Below, one piece after another: positions 39,106-49,625 of a stretch of DNA of 64,000 nucleotides (positions are counted from its first letter, which is position 1; each line of letters starts with the position of its first letter). The stretch covers positions 15,902 to 79,901 of the forward strand of contig JBIKWN010000006.1 of the NCBI GenBank assembly GCA_044356295.1, written 5' to 3'. This stretch comes from Bdellovibrionota bacterium. Its GTDB lineage: Bacteria > Bdellovibrionota_C > UBA2361 > JBIKWN01. The position numbers and the translations under genes were made by a program. The notes beneath the pieces are model-generated. The model did no database searches and had not been told where the DNA came from. It was given only the letters and a program-made list of their open reading frames with translations.

Positions 39106-40074
39106 ATGGATCAAGAATTAATTGCAGACCTCTATCGCCAAATGCTCCGAATTCGTCGTTTTGAAGAAGAAGCCGCCAGGCTTTACACAGAACGTAAAAT
39201 TGGGGGATTCCTTCACCTTTATATTGGACAAGAAGCAGTAGCTGTTGGCTCTGTGTCAGTACTAGACCTTAAAAAGGACTACGTAATGACTGCCTACCGT
39301 TGTCATGGACACTACTTATCTTGTGGGGGCTCATCCCGCGCTGGGATGGCTGAGCTCCTTGGGAAAGAGACTGGGTGCGCCAAAGGGCGTGGTGGCTCAA
39401 TGCACTTTTATGACGTTGCAAACCATTTTATGGGCGGCTGGGGTATTGTTGGTGCCCAGTGTCCTGTTGCGGCTGGAATCGCTTTTGCTCAGAAATATCA
39501 AAACACTGATGGTGTTACTATTTGTTTTCTTGGTGATGGTGCTATCAATATTGGTCCTTTCCATGAAGCTATGTCTTTGGCTGCTCTCTGGAACCTCCCA
39601 GTGATTTTTATCATTGAAAACAATCAATTTGCGATGGGAACCCCTTTGCATAAAACCGCACCTGTTGAAGATGTTTCAATCCGAGCTATGGGATACCCAA
39701 TGGCAAGAGATACTATGGATGGACATGATGTATTTGCAGTACGTTCAGTCATGCATGCAGCAGTAAAACGTGCACGTGAACAAAAACTTCCTACTTTGAT
39801 TGAAGCAAAAACATATCGTTACCGTGGTCACTCAATGGCAGACCCTGGAACCTACCGTACAAAAGAAGAAGTCGAGGAACGTAAGAAATTAGACCCTATC
39901 TTTTCACTAGGCAGTAAACTTGAGTCCTTAGGCATGAGTGCTGCAAAAACAAAAATTGATGATGCTATAGAAGCTGAGATTCAAGATGCAGTAAAATTTG
40001 CTGAAGAATCCAATTTCCCAGACCCATCAACCGCTGCACAGTATGTGTACTGTGATGACACTCCACTCATGTAA
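39106..40074 (+). CDS. pdhA: Pyruvate dehydrogenase E1 alpha
   Basis: GFLHLYIGQEA, GRGGSMH, GDGA...ENN, YRYRGHSMADP. Confidence 0.96.
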   Translation: MDQELIADLYRQMLRIRRFEEEAARLYTERKIGGFLHLYIGQEAVAVGSVSVLDLKKDYVMTAYRCHGHYLSCGGSSRAGMAELLGKETGCAKGRGGSMHFYDVANHFMGGWGIVGAQCPVAAGIAFAQKYQNTDGVTICFLGDGAINIGPFHEAMSLAALWNLPVIFIIENNQFAMGTPLHKTAPVEDVSIRAMGYPMARDTMDGHDVFAVRSVMHAAVKRAREQKLPTLIEAKTYRYRGHSMADPGTYRTKEEVEERKKLDPIFSLGSKLESLGMSAAKTKIDDAIEAEIQDAVKFAEESNFPDPSTAAQYVYCDDTPLM

Positions 40075-40088
40075 TAAAAAATATAGTT

Positions 40089-41093
40089 ATGGCAACAGCA
40101 ATGAATAACATTCCACAAGTTCGAGAAATAGCAATCCGTGATGCTCTAAAAGAGGCAATGGATGAGGAGATGTCCCGTGATGAGCGAGTCTTTCTTATGG
40201 GTGAAGAGGTTGGTTCCTATAATGGAGCTTACAAAGCATCAAAAGGTTTATTAGAAAAATATGGCGCGAAAAGAGTTATTGATACTCCAATCGCAGAGAA
40301 TGGTTTTGCTGGTATTGGTGTTGGAGCTGCAATGCTTGGGCTTCGTCCTGTTATTGAGTTTATGACTTTTAACTTTTCTTTGATTGCAATTGACCAAATT
40401 CTAAACTCTGCTGCAAAAGGTCATCTTATGTCAGCAGGTCAACTGAGTTGCCCTATTACATTTAGAGGTGCTGGTGGTGCTGCGTATCAACTTGGTGCAC
40501 AACATGCGAGCTCGTTTGAACATTTCTATGCTTACACTCCTGGATTAAAAGTTGTTGCGCCTGCAACTCCGTATGACATGAAGGGACTTCTGAAAGCATG
40601 TATCCGCGATGATAATCCGTGCTGCTTTTTTGAAAGCGAATTAACGTATGGTTTGAAAGGTCCGGTACCTGAAGAAGAATATATAATTCCAATTGGTAAA
40701 GCTGATATTAAACGTGAAGGTACTGATATTACTATTATTAGTTGGTCAAAGAATGTATTTATTGCGCTCGATACTGCAAAAGAATTAGAGAAACAAGGAA
40801 TCTCGGCAGAAGTAGTAGATCTTCGAACACTTCGACCTCTTGATAAGGAAGCAATCTTTAAATCAGTTGCAAAAACTCATCGTTGTTTAATTATTCAAGA
40901 ACAAAATCTTGTTGCTAGTTACGGTGCTTATATTTCGCATTTAATTAATTCAGAGATCTTTGATGAGCTTGATGCTCCGGTTCGATTACTTTCTTCTTTA
41001 GAAATACCGATGCCATATTCAAAAACTCTTGAAGCAGTAATTCTGCCTAACAAAGATAAAGCTGTTGCAGAAGCATTAAGAGTGCTTGCTTAA
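40089..41093 (+). CDS. pdhB: Pyruvate dehydrogenase E1 beta
   Basis: GEEVG, DTPIAENGF, EFMTFNF, AQH, DLRTLRPLD. Confidence 0.96.
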   Translation: MATAMNNIPQVREIAIRDALKEAMDEEMSRDERVFLMGEEVGSYNGAYKASKGLLEKYGAKRVIDTPIAENGFAGIGVGAAMLGLRPVIEFMTFNFSLIAIDQILNSAAKGHLMSAGQLSCPITFRGAGGAAYQLGAQHASSFEHFYAYTPGLKVVAPATPYDMKGLLKACIRDDNPCCFFESELTYGLKGPVPEEEYIIPIGKADIKREGTDITIISWSKNVFIALDTAKELEKQGISAEVVDLRTLRPLDKEAIFKSVAKTHRCLIIQEQNLVASYGAYISHLINSEIFDELDAPVRLLSSLEIPMPYSKTLEAVILPNKDKAVAEALRVLA

Positions 41094-41098
41094 ATTGT

Positions 41099-41626
41099 AT
41101 GGCAATAATCCCCTATCAAGGCAAAAAGCCCTCTATAAAAGAGAGTAACTTTATTGCTCCTGATAGCTGGATTATTGGAGATGTAACACTCGGAGAAAAC
41201 GTCTCAATATTTTTTGGTAGCGTTCTTCGAGGCGATATTCAGACGATTTCAGTTGGTGATAATACCAATATTCAGGAGCACTCTCTGCTACACACCTCGC
41301 ACGGCAGAACACCTTGTATCGTTGGTAAAAATGTCACTGTTGGACACCGCGCAATACTTCATGGATGTTCTATTGGTGATAACTGTATTATTGGGATGGG
41401 ATCCACAATATTAGATGAAGCAGTTATTCCTAATAATTGTATTGTCGGAGCTAACAGTCTTGTGACTGAAGGTAAAACTTTTCCTGAGAAATCTTTAATC
41501 TTAGGAAGTCCTGCAAAGGCTGTTCGATCACTTACAGAAGAGGATCTCGAACAGATCCAACAATCACGAAATTTTTATGTTGAAACTGGGAAAACATTAC
41601 ACGAATTTTTCTTAGGACATCCATAA
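41099..41626 (+). CDS. Gamma carbonic anhydrase family (YrdA-like)
   Basis: IGDV, LRGD, NIQEHSLLH, VGHRAILHGC hexapeptide repeats. Confidence 0.92.
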   Translation: MAIIPYQGKKPSIKESNFIAPDSWIIGDVTLGENVSIFFGSVLRGDIQTISVGDNTNIQEHSLLHTSHGRTPCIVGKNVTVGHRAILHGCSIGDNCIIGMGSTILDEAVIPNNCIVGANSLVTEGKTFPEKSLILGSPAKAVRSLTEEDLEQIQQSRNFYVETGKTLHEFFLGHP

Positions 41627-42735
41627 TGAGCATTTTTCGATCGAGCTTATCTCTCTTCATTTGTATCACTTCTATACATATTCTGATTTTTTCTAAAACT
41701 GAATGTTATTCACAGCCTCAACAGCAAGTCACAAAGATAGGTATTTCTGTATCCTTAACAGGTGATGGCGCAGTAATTGGAGCAGATATGAAATCTGCAT
41801 TTGAATTTGCCAATAAAATGTATGGTAAAGATAAATACGAGCTTATTTTTGAAGATGACCGCTGTGATGCCAAGACTGCATCCTCAATTGCACATAAATT
41901 CAGCGAAATTGATAAAGTACAGTATGTACTTGGCTTTACGTGCAGTAGTGCTGCCGCTGCAACAGTCCCAATATATGAAAAAGCAAAAGTACTGATGCTC
42001 GCAACTTCAGCTTCTTCACCACGTCTTATTAATGTAAGTCCATATTTTTTTCGCCTATGTCCTAATGATCTTGATGCTGCAAAAATTTTAGGTTCCTATG
42101 CATCAAAAAAATTTAATCACATTGGTTTAATTGCAGAAGTAACTGAATACGCACAAGCTCTTGGGGACGAATTTGAAAAAGGTCTCATAGGCGCGGGTAA
42201 AAAAGTAGAGCGAGAAAATGTTTTGCCCAATTCAACAGATTTTCGTCCTATGATTTTTCGAATGATCAATAAGGGAATAGACGCATTATTTATCAATACT
42301 CAAGCTGAAAAAATATTCAGTGTCGTATTACTCCAAGCAAAACAATCTAAACCAACTATTCCTATCCTTGGGGCTTATTGGCCAGGTTCAAACGCAGTAC
42401 TCGAACTTGCTCATAAAGAGTTAGAAGGTACTGTCTTTGTTGATACACCTTCCCTTGATTCGATTCTAAATGCTGAAGGTCAATCTATGTTGAGAGAGTT
42501 CTATAACCAAGGCGGAAGGATACTTGGAACAGAAGCTATGTTTGCGACGGCTTTTGAAGGGTTTCGATCACTCACACAGGCAATTGAATCTGGCATCGAT
42601 CCCCGTGAATTTCTACAAAAAACAACTTTTCATGGTGTGTTTGGTACATATACGTTCGATGAAAAAAGAGAGCTTCAAGGCCTACCATTAGCTCTAAAAA
42701 TAATAAAAGATAGTAAAGCTGTTATTCTAAATTGA
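41626..42735 (+). CDS. Branched-chain amino acid ABC-type (LivJ-like) substrate-binding protein
   Basis: KIGISVSLTG, EDDRCD, GFTCSS, FFRLCPND. Confidence 0.85.
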   Translation: MSIFRSSLSLFICITSIHILIFSKTECYSQPQQQVTKIGISVSLTGDGAVIGADMKSAFEFANKMYGKDKYELIFEDDRCDAKTASSIAHKFSEIDKVQYVLGFTCSSAAAATVPIYEKAKVLMLATSASSPRLINVSPYFFRLCPNDLDAAKILGSYASKKFNHIGLIAEVTEYAQALGDEFEKGLIGAGKKVERENVLPNSTDFRPMIFRMINKGIDALFINTQAEKIFSVVLLQAKQSKPTIPILGAYWPGSNAVLELAHKELEGTVFVDTPSLDSILNAEGQSMLREFYNQGGRILGTEAMFATAFEGFRSLTQAIESGIDPREFLQKTTFHGVFGTYTFDEKRELQGLPLALKIIKDSKAVILN

Positions 42736-42754
42736 TTTTTCTTGAAGAATTTAA

Positions 42755-42946
42755 GTGAATAATATTTTCAACCCATCAATCGCTGTACAAATAGAAAGCA
42801 CTCCTGAAGATCGGGTATTAGAAGAATTATCATTAGCTGTTGATTCTGGCTCGAAAAAAGTGATTACTCAGGCAAGAAATCTATTGAAGGAAGTGGAAAC
42901 ACTACTGGAAGAAATAACTCAAATTGACATAAAAAAAGCAGAGTAA
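42755..42946 (+). CDS. Small hypothetical protein
   Basis: 63-aa ORF filling the gap in operon orientation. Confidence 0.35.
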   Translation: MNNIFNPSIAVQIESTPEDRVLEELSLAVDSGSKKVITQARNLLKEVETLLEEITQIDIKKAE

Positions 42947-42970
42947 AAATTTACTCTGCTTTCGTTTTTT
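42931..42970. terminator. Bidirectional intrinsic terminator
   Basis: aaagcagagtaaa / tttactctgcttt stem between convergent genes. Confidence 0.75.
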
Positions 42971-42991
42971 ATACTATCTTGTTATCGACAA

Positions 42992-44278
42992 CTATTTTCT
43001 CTTATCGATAGGAACATAATCAGTAATGGTATTCCCAATATAGACCTGACGTGGGCGGTTAATCTTATTACCAGGCTCACCTAAGTATTCCTTCGCATGA
43101 GCAATCCAACCCGGTAATCTGCCAAGTGCAAACATAACAGTAAATGCTTTTGTAGGAATTCCAAGAGCTCTGTAAATTATTCCGGAATAGAAATCTACGT
43201 TTGGATATAATTTTCTATCAACAAAATAAGAATCAGTAAGTGCTGCTTCTTCAAGACGTTTTGCAATATCGAGAAGTTGGTCGCCTCCTTTTACTTTCGT
43301 AAGAACCTTATGACACGCTTCTTTAATAATTTTTGCGCGTGGATCATAGTTCTTATATACACGGTGACCAAAGCCCATGAGTTTAACTTTCGAATCTTTT
43401 TGCTTTGCAAGCTCAACAAATTTCTTAACATCTCCACCGCCGTCTCGTATGGTTTGAAGCATCTCAATAACTTCTTCATTTGCTCCACCATGACGAGGTC
43501 CCCATAGCGCACAGATCCCAGCAGAAATTGATGCATAAAGGTTTGCCATCGAGCTTTGAACCATTCGAACCGTTGAAGTCGAACAGTTTTGTTCATGATC
43601 TGCATGAAGGATTAGCAAAAGATTCATAATCTTTACTAACTCAGGATCAACTTCATAACCTTCAGAAGGTGTTGAGAACATCATGTAGATAAGGTTTTCG
43701 CAGTAACTTTTTCTGTTATCAGGATAGATGAATGGCTGCCCGATAGCTTTCTTGTATGCATACGCTGTAATAGTTGGAAGTTTTGCTAAGAGACGAATAG
43801 CAGTTCTATCGAAAATCTCTGCTTCACTAGCATCTTCATGTTGATAGAAAGTTGATAAAGAACAAACAACCGAGGAAAGTATCGCCATTGGGTGCGCATC
43901 TCGTGGGAATCCATCATAAAAACGTTTTACATCTTCATGTAGTAAAGTTCTTCGACTAATTTTTTGTTCAAAATCTAACAGTTCGGCAGCAGTTGGAAGA
44001 TTGCCGTACATCAAAAGATAGGCAGTTTCAAGAAATGTTGCCTTCTCTGCCAATGTATCAATTGGAATACCTCGGTAACGCAGAATTCCTTTCTCTCCAT
44101 CAATGAAAGTAATTGCGCTTGAGCATGCACCAGTGTTCATATACCCATTGTCGAGGGTTATATAACCGGTCTTGGCTCGAAGATTACCAATATCAATTGC
44201 TTTTTCGTTTTCAGACCCGATAACAACAGGAAGTTCGATTTCGCCATCAGGGAGTTGTAATTTTGCTGTAGTCGTCAT
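42992..44278 (-). CDS. gltA: Citrate synthase (type II)
   Basis: ILHADHEQNCSTS, GPRHGGANE, MGFGHRVYKNYDPRA, YPNVDFYSG. Confidence 0.97.
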   Translation of the reverse strand: MTTTAKLQLPDGEIELPVVIGSENEKAIDIGNLRAKTGYITLDNGYMNTGACSSAITFIDGEKGILRYRGIPIDTLAEKATFLETAYLLMYGNLPTAAELLDFEQKISRRTLLHEDVKRFYDGFPRDAHPMAILSSVVCSLSTFYQHEDASEAEIFDRTAIRLLAKLPTITAYAYKKAIGQPFIYPDNRKSYCENLIYMMFSTPSEGYEVDPELVKIMNLLLILHADHEQNCSTSTVRMVQSSMANLYASISAGICALWGPRHGGANEEVIEMLQTIRDGGGDVKKFVELAKQKDSKVKLMGFGHRVYKNYDPRAKIIKEACHKVLTKVKGGDQLLDIAKRLEEAALTDSYFVDRKLYPNVDFYSGIIYRALGIPTKAFTVMFALGRLPGWIAHAKEYLGEPGNKINRPRQVYIGNTITDYVPIDKRK

Positions 44279-44406
44279 TATACTTTCTCGATTCAATAAG
44301 ATTATTGTGATCTTTCATCAGTAGACCGACAAACCGTCAGCTATTAGAATGATCATTCTAGTAGCTATTTTTATCATATTTGGTTCATTGTTAACAGAAA
44401 AAAGAA

Positions 44407-44742
44407 ATGTCAGATAAAGTCAAAAAAATTAGGCGGGTACACCCATTCGGCTTTAGAGTCTTAGTTCAGGTTCAAGACCAGCCGGGAGTAACGGATGGAG
44501 GGCTTTTTATTCCTGAAACAGCCAAAAATACCATGGCAGAGAGCATCCTTGCCCAGGTTATTGAGGTCGCGAGCGCAATGGACGACCACGGTCAAGAAGA
44601 GACAAATATCAGTGGGATTCCTCTTGGGGCGACCGTTCTTATAGAAAAAATGGTAGGGGTCAAGGTTCCATGGGACGACAGAATCAGAATTGTCGATAGT
44701 AAGGATATTTTGGGCATTGTTCACGAAATGAGCCTTTCATAG
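44407..44742 (+). CDS. GroES/Cpn10 family co-chaperonin (no adjacent groEL)
   Basis: VHPFGFRVLV, mobile loop TDGGLFIPETAK, KDILGIV. Confidence 0.8.
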   Translation: MSDKVKKIRRVHPFGFRVLVQVQDQPGVTDGGLFIPETAKNTMAESILAQVIEVASAMDDHGQEETNISGIPLGATVLIEKMVGVKVPWDDRIRIVDSKDILGIVHEMSLS

Positions 44743-45141
44743 ACACGCCCCCCACTTCCATGCCATTATAACCTCAAGAGTCACCTTAATCTTCATGGTG
44801 TATTCCTTTGACTTCGCTATATTGATTCTACTAGCCGATAATTTATCTAGAAAAACAATATAGTCCTCTTGCGCTGGATGTCTTTACAAAGACATATGAA
44901 AAGAGTCCTGTTTGCAAAGAGAACTTTTAGTGAAGTTCACTGAGTATAGCTCCTTAGTTCGGATACATTCTCTTGAGCGGCATATCGACTCTTGTAGGAA
45001 TTCAATCCCTCACTCGGAGAATATATTTTATTTGTATTCACTTAACTTTCCCCATAAAGACCTAAGTGATGCAAAAGATAGATTTTATTTAATCATAACA
45101 AATTTAACCTGAGTCTTTATTGACTCTACCAAAGGAAAAAA

Positions 45142-46422
45142 ATGGCAAACAGCAAACAAACCGTTTCACACGTCTATTATGAAGTTGGAAGTGAGCTCCT
45201 CGCTAAACCAACTGCATTAACTCAACTTATTGAAGGAAGTGATGCTAGAACTACAATCGTATTTTGCAATTCAGCATCTGATACTGACCTCGTCGAAGTG
45301 CTACTTAAAAAACGTGGTGTTTCTGCTCAGAAACTTATCGGCTCTGTAAGCCCAGAGAAAATCGCTCGTACTATTGAACAATTAAACAGCGGCGAAATTA
45401 CAACAATTGTTGCAACTGATGCTTCTGCAAAAAATATCCCAATCGACTCTTTTAATCTTCTTATTAGCTATACCTCACCTACAGATGGTGATACTTATAA
45501 AAATCGATATGCTTCTGAAGATGGTTTAAAAAACTTGTTAACAATTGCAACACTTGTAAGTCCTAATGATGCAGGTAACTTTGAAATCGTACAGCAAGCA
45601 TTAGATGGTAAAATCACTAAAGCAGATCTTCCAACTGCTGATACATTACAAAAAGCAAAACTCAATCGAATCAAAGCTCAAGCACAAACTAAAACTGGTG
45701 CTGAAGAGAAGTATAAAGCTCTTATCGAAGCAATCTTAGCAGATAAAGAAAAAGGATTGGTTATTGGATACTTGCTCGCTAACACTTTAGAAGTACTTCC
45801 TTCTCTTCAAGCTGCCCAGTCACGTGAAGAAGAGCATTACGACGATGAAGATGCTCAACCAAACTTTAATAGCTCACATCATGATAGAAATGGTGGAAAC
45901 CGATACGGAAATGGTCGAAATGATCGTAACGACCGACGTGGCAACAACGACCGTGGCAGAAATAACGGAAGAAATACCCGAGACAATCGTGGTGGACGAC
46001 AACAATTTAATGACGCAGGTGATGATAGCGAAGCAAGTCTTCAAGCAAGAGAGGCAATGGCTCGAAATAAAAAACGTGCATTTACTCCTCCTCTGAAAGA
46101 AGCTCGAATTTACCTTGGTAAAGGGTCTGCTTCAGGAATCAGCGAAGCAACTATTAAAAAAATGGTTCAAGAACAAGGCGCGCTTACTGAAGGTGATGTT
46201 CGTCGTGTCATCGTTCGTAAGAACTATGCTTTCTTTGATGTACTTGAATCACAATCAGAAGACCTCATCAATAAAATTGATGGAACTTCATTGATGGCAA
46301 AAAAAGCAACTGTTATCTCTACACAGATTCGTGACCGAGGTGAAGATGACAATGAATTTGCTCCAACACTTGAAGAAGCAACTGCTCAGGCATCTGGTGG
46401 CATCGCTGCTAACGCCGAGTAG
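45142..46422 (+). CDS. Degenerate DEAD-box helicase C-terminal domain + RG/RN-rich linker + DbpA-type RNA-binding domain
   Basis: Motif IV TIVFCNS, motif V VATDASAKNI, motif VI lost; C-terminal RIYLGKG...VRKNYAFFDV; no Walker A or DEAD. Confidence 0.75.
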   Translation: MANSKQTVSHVYYEVGSELLAKPTALTQLIEGSDARTTIVFCNSASDTDLVEVLLKKRGVSAQKLIGSVSPEKIARTIEQLNSGEITTIVATDASAKNIPIDSFNLLISYTSPTDGDTYKNRYASEDGLKNLLTIATLVSPNDAGNFEIVQQALDGKITKADLPTADTLQKAKLNRIKAQAQTKTGAEEKYKALIEAILADKEKGLVIGYLLANTLEVLPSLQAAQSREEEHYDDEDAQPNFNSSHHDRNGGNRYGNGRNDRNDRRGNNDRGRNNGRNTRDNRGGRQQFNDAGDDSEASLQAREAMARNKKRAFTPPLKEARIYLGKGSASGISEATIKKMVQEQGALTEGDVRRVIVRKNYAFFDVLESQSEDLINKIDGTSLMAKKATVISTQIRDRGEDDNEFAPTLEEATAQASGGIAANAE

Positions 46423-48091
46423 ATCTTTTCTTTAATGAACTAAATGCACTCTTGATAGCATTCAAGAGTGCTTTTGATGATTGGCTTGTTTTTTTCGAAA
46501 TTGAATCGAGAGCTACATTCTTTGTTAAAGACCCTGAAGAGTCTAATTCACACTCGTACTCACCATAAAACGATAGAAAACTTCCTCTAGACCGTGGATC
46601 TCTTAAACCAGCTAATCGAATTATTGATGTTGGATTACTTGGTGAGAATCTATAAATTTCTGAGCCTTGTCCGTTTCTTCTCGCGGCACCGTATAAGACA
46701 ACCTCACAACCAGATTGCACTTCACTAACATTGATTTTTAAAGTCAGCGATCCAGATCGAGACACTGAAGCTCCAAGAGAGATTGAACCAGCAGACTCAT
46801 TTGGATTATCTGGACCAGGTGTTACTGTTGGTACTGGACTCGGTGTTACTCCGTCTGATGGATTATTATCTACATCAAAGCACGACGGAGAAGAATTTAA
46901 ATGATTTACTACGTCGGCAATACTCGCTGCAGAAAAATAGGTGCTGCCTGGAATATTTATGTAAGGCGCCATTAAACTCGATCCATCAGTTGTATCATGT
47001 CCAGCACCAAAGTTGTGCCCAATTTCGTGTGCAACTATTGAAGCATCAGCTGCAGGATGGAATTTTTGAGTTATACCAAAAGAGTAATCTTGGTTACTAC
47101 AAACGACACCAACCCAAGCAAGACCAATAACACCACCATCAAAGTCTTTCCCTGAAAATAAATGATATAAATCTGCTTGACCGAGTTGGTTATTATTTAA
47201 TGTATAATTTTTAAATGATCCTAACAGCGTACCAGAATTTGTACTGTTGAAAGGATTACCCACTGAAGATGAAAATCCATGTTGAGCTGAAATGACCAGT
47301 CGAATTCCTAATTGATTTTGATAAATTGCACTTGCTGCTGCTACAAGTGTTGCAATTTGCGCATTCGAATTAGCGCCGTATGTTTCATACCATTGTGGGT
47401 CAAATTCCGTTGCTATAGTAGCGTACTGCGGATTTGATGGGCTAATCTCTCTTGAAGCGACAGCTTGAGGCTCCATCTGTGAACTTGAACGAGCTTGCTC
47501 TTGTTGTTCCATAGCAGCAGTTTGATGATCATTATCGTGATTATCATTTCCACATGCTAATTCTTTCAGGGCAACAGTTGGAACAGATGATACCTTTGCA
47601 TCTTTAAGTTGATGACCACTAATATAAGACTTAAGATAAAGTGCTCTACCCTTACCACGTGAAGCGTTCATGATTAAGTGCAAAACTGGTTTCCCATTCT
47701 TGGTTTTGCTATAGATACTGCCACCGAGAGATAACTTCTTTCCATTTGAGCGAGCATACCCTTCAACAAGGGCGATATCTTTATCATCTTTCTTTGAAAA
47801 TCCAGAATAATCTTGAATCGATGAATCCCAAGATTTAAAAGTAATTTTATTTAAATAGATTGAATATCTTCCTGAACCTACAATGTGCGCTGAAAGCCTA
47901 ATAGATTTTTTTAAATTTGAAAGTAACGGATTACTTCTTCTGTGACTACCATCCTTAACTTCTGAAGCAATAAGCCTTAATCCATCAGTATCACCACTTA
48001 TATTTGTTCTATACGGTGAAGCGTGGGCTGAAGATAAAGAAATCACTATTCCTAAAGCAATTCCAATTATATGGGAAACTTCTTTCTGCAT
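46409..48091 (-). CDS. Secreted M12B (reprolysin-like) zinc metalloprotease
   Basis: Signal peptide, ACG cysteine-switch-like segment, GLAWVG, HEIGHNFGAGH, Met-turn SLMAP. Confidence 0.9.
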   Translation of the reverse strand: MQKEVSHIIGIALGIVISLSSAHASPYRTNISGDTDGLRLIASEVKDGSHRRSNPLLSNLKKSIRLSAHIVGSGRYSIYLNKITFKSWDSSIQDYSGFSKKDDKDIALVEGYARSNGKKLSLGGSIYSKTKNGKPVLHLIMNASRGKGRALYLKSYISGHQLKDAKVSSVPTVALKELACGNDNHDNDHQTAAMEQQEQARSSSQMEPQAVASREISPSNPQYATIATEFDPQWYETYGANSNAQIATLVAAASAIYQNQLGIRLVISAQHGFSSSVGNPFNSTNSGTLLGSFKNYTLNNNQLGQADLYHLFSGKDFDGGVIGLAWVGVVCSNQDYSFGITQKFHPAADASIVAHEIGHNFGAGHDTTDGSSLMAPYINIPGSTYFSAASIADVVNHLNSSPSCFDVDNNPSDGVTPSPVPTVTPGPDNPNESAGSISLGASVSRSGSLTLKINVSEVQSGCEVVLYGAARRNGQGSEIYRFSPSNPTSIIRLAGLRDPRSRGSFLSFYGEYECELDSSGSLTKNVALDSISKKTSQSSKALLNAIKSAFSSLKKRSTRR

Positions 48092-48233
48092 TAAAAAAAG
48101 CTAACGTCATTTCTTGTTCTGCAGTATAGGTTCTGTGTCTAAATCATAGTTTGAAAAATGCAAAAAATTTGTACCAACGGTATGTAAACATCGTACGAGA
48201 ATTTCGTAGATGTAGCCTGTTCTGTCGATAAAG

Positions 48234-49625
48234 CTATTTTGAATTGTTTGAGACTTTTTTATTCACCGGCGGACTAGATTTTTTCTTATTAACTTTTTTC
48301 TTATTAACAGATTTCTTTACAGACTTAGGCTTAGCCCCTTTCGGTTTTTTCTTAACAACAACGGGCTCTGTAACAGGTTGTATTCTTTCTTTTAATAAAC
48401 TCTTTTTGTATGCAGGATCATCTTTAACAAGTTCAGTAACTTTCCCTGTTGGAATACGTAATGTATACCCAGCTGGGATTGCTTTTCTTCCTGTAACGAC
48501 TGGTTTTAATAATGCATAGTTAGCATCTATAAGAGCTTCAGTTGAAACTCCAAACGTTTTTGAAGCTTGCACCAGTGTGACTGGTTTTGTGACATGGTGA
48601 TCTCTTACCGTAAGCTCAGGCAGTAGTGATACGTTAGGGTAATACTTTCGATAATTATCATATATCTCGACTGCAGCAAGGAACTCTGGCCAAAAATTCT
48701 GAGAGGCAAATCCAAAAACTGGTTCACCTGAAGCTCGTTCAATCATTTCTGAAATATCATTTGTACCCGCTGCAACAGTTTTTTTATAGACACCGGAAAC
48801 GCCGTGATTATAAGAAGTAACGGCTAGCCCCCAGTTCCCTAAAGATTTATATGCTTGTTTAAAATACTTAGCAGCTGCGCGAGTTGCAGTAAATGGATCT
48901 AACCTTTCATCTACGGTGCTTCCAACCATCATAAATTTACGTGCAGTAGCAGGCATAAACTGCCAAATACCTGCCGCTCCAACAGAACTATAGGCAGTAT
49001 AGTTAAAGGAGCTCTCTATAAATGGAAGCCGAGTCAGCTCAACTGGTAAATTCTCTTCTTCGATAAAGATTCTTTCTATTTGTGGTAAGTAACGACCTGT
49101 ACGCCGAACTGCTTCTTCACATTTCTCTTTGATACCTGTTTGTGTTCGTACCCAGTCATTATCAAGGACATCTTGGTATTTTTGTTTACCACTCGGCAAG
49201 GATTTCATTTGAGAAACAATATACTGCTCCATCGAATTTCTTGGCGTCCCCGTCTTGGCAAGATTCTCAAGATAACCTTCAATTTCACCAACCTTTTCTG
49301 CCTCGATACGCTTCACAAGTGACTCATATCCAGCTGGACTAAGTTCTTCAGCCGCTTTGCTAAAATCTAAAACTTTAAATGAAATCTGAGGAAACCTTCT
49401 GTGATGTATGACCTTTTGATATTTTCCATACTTACCAAATATAGCTTTCCAGAAATCTACTCTACCTCGAAGGCGCTCTGGAGTTTCTAAGCCAGCAGGT
49501 CGAGAGTTATCTTTTTTGCGGGTCTGCGCACTACAATCATCATTAATCAAAACAATAAAAGTAAATAAAAACGGTAAAAAAATCAGTGATATGATCCTAA
49601 AACTAAGAATTTTTTTCATAAACAT
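48234..49625 (-). CDS. Lytic transglycosylase (SLT/MltD-like) with LysM-like domain and Lys-rich tail
   Basis: LPFIESSF, AAGIWQFMPAT, DERLDP, SYNHG. Confidence 0.92.
   Translation of the reverse strand: MFMKKILSFRIISLIFLPFLFTFIVLINDDCSAQTRKKDNSRPAGLETPERLRGRVDFWKAIFGKYGKYQKVIHHRRFPQISFKVLDFSKAAEELSPAGYESLVKRIEAEKVGEIEGYLENLAKTGTPRNSMEQYIVSQMKSLPSGKQKYQDVLDNDWVRTQTGIKEKCEEAVRRTGRYLPQIERIFIEEENLPVELTRLPFIESSFNYTAYSSVGAAGIWQFMPATARKFMMVGSTVDERLDPFTATRAAAKYFKQAYKSLGNWGLAVTSYNHGVSGVYKKTVAAGTNDISEMIERASGEPVFGFASQNFWPEFLAAVEIYDNYRKYYPNVSLLPELTVRDHHVTKPVTLVQASKTFGVSTEALIDANYALLKPVVTGRKAIPAGYTLRIPTGKVTELVKDDPAYKKSLLKERIQPVTEPVVVKKKPKGAKPKSVKKSVNKKKVNKKKSSPPVNKKVSNNSK

Noticed and set aside
44834..44841. 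Exact GCCGATAA sigma-28 -10 box
   Set aside because: No matching -35 element at the right spacing, and 300 bp from the next start
44912..45112. 66-aa ORF upstream of the helicase-like gene
   Set aside because: TTG start, no RBS and no helicase motifs; probably untranslated leader
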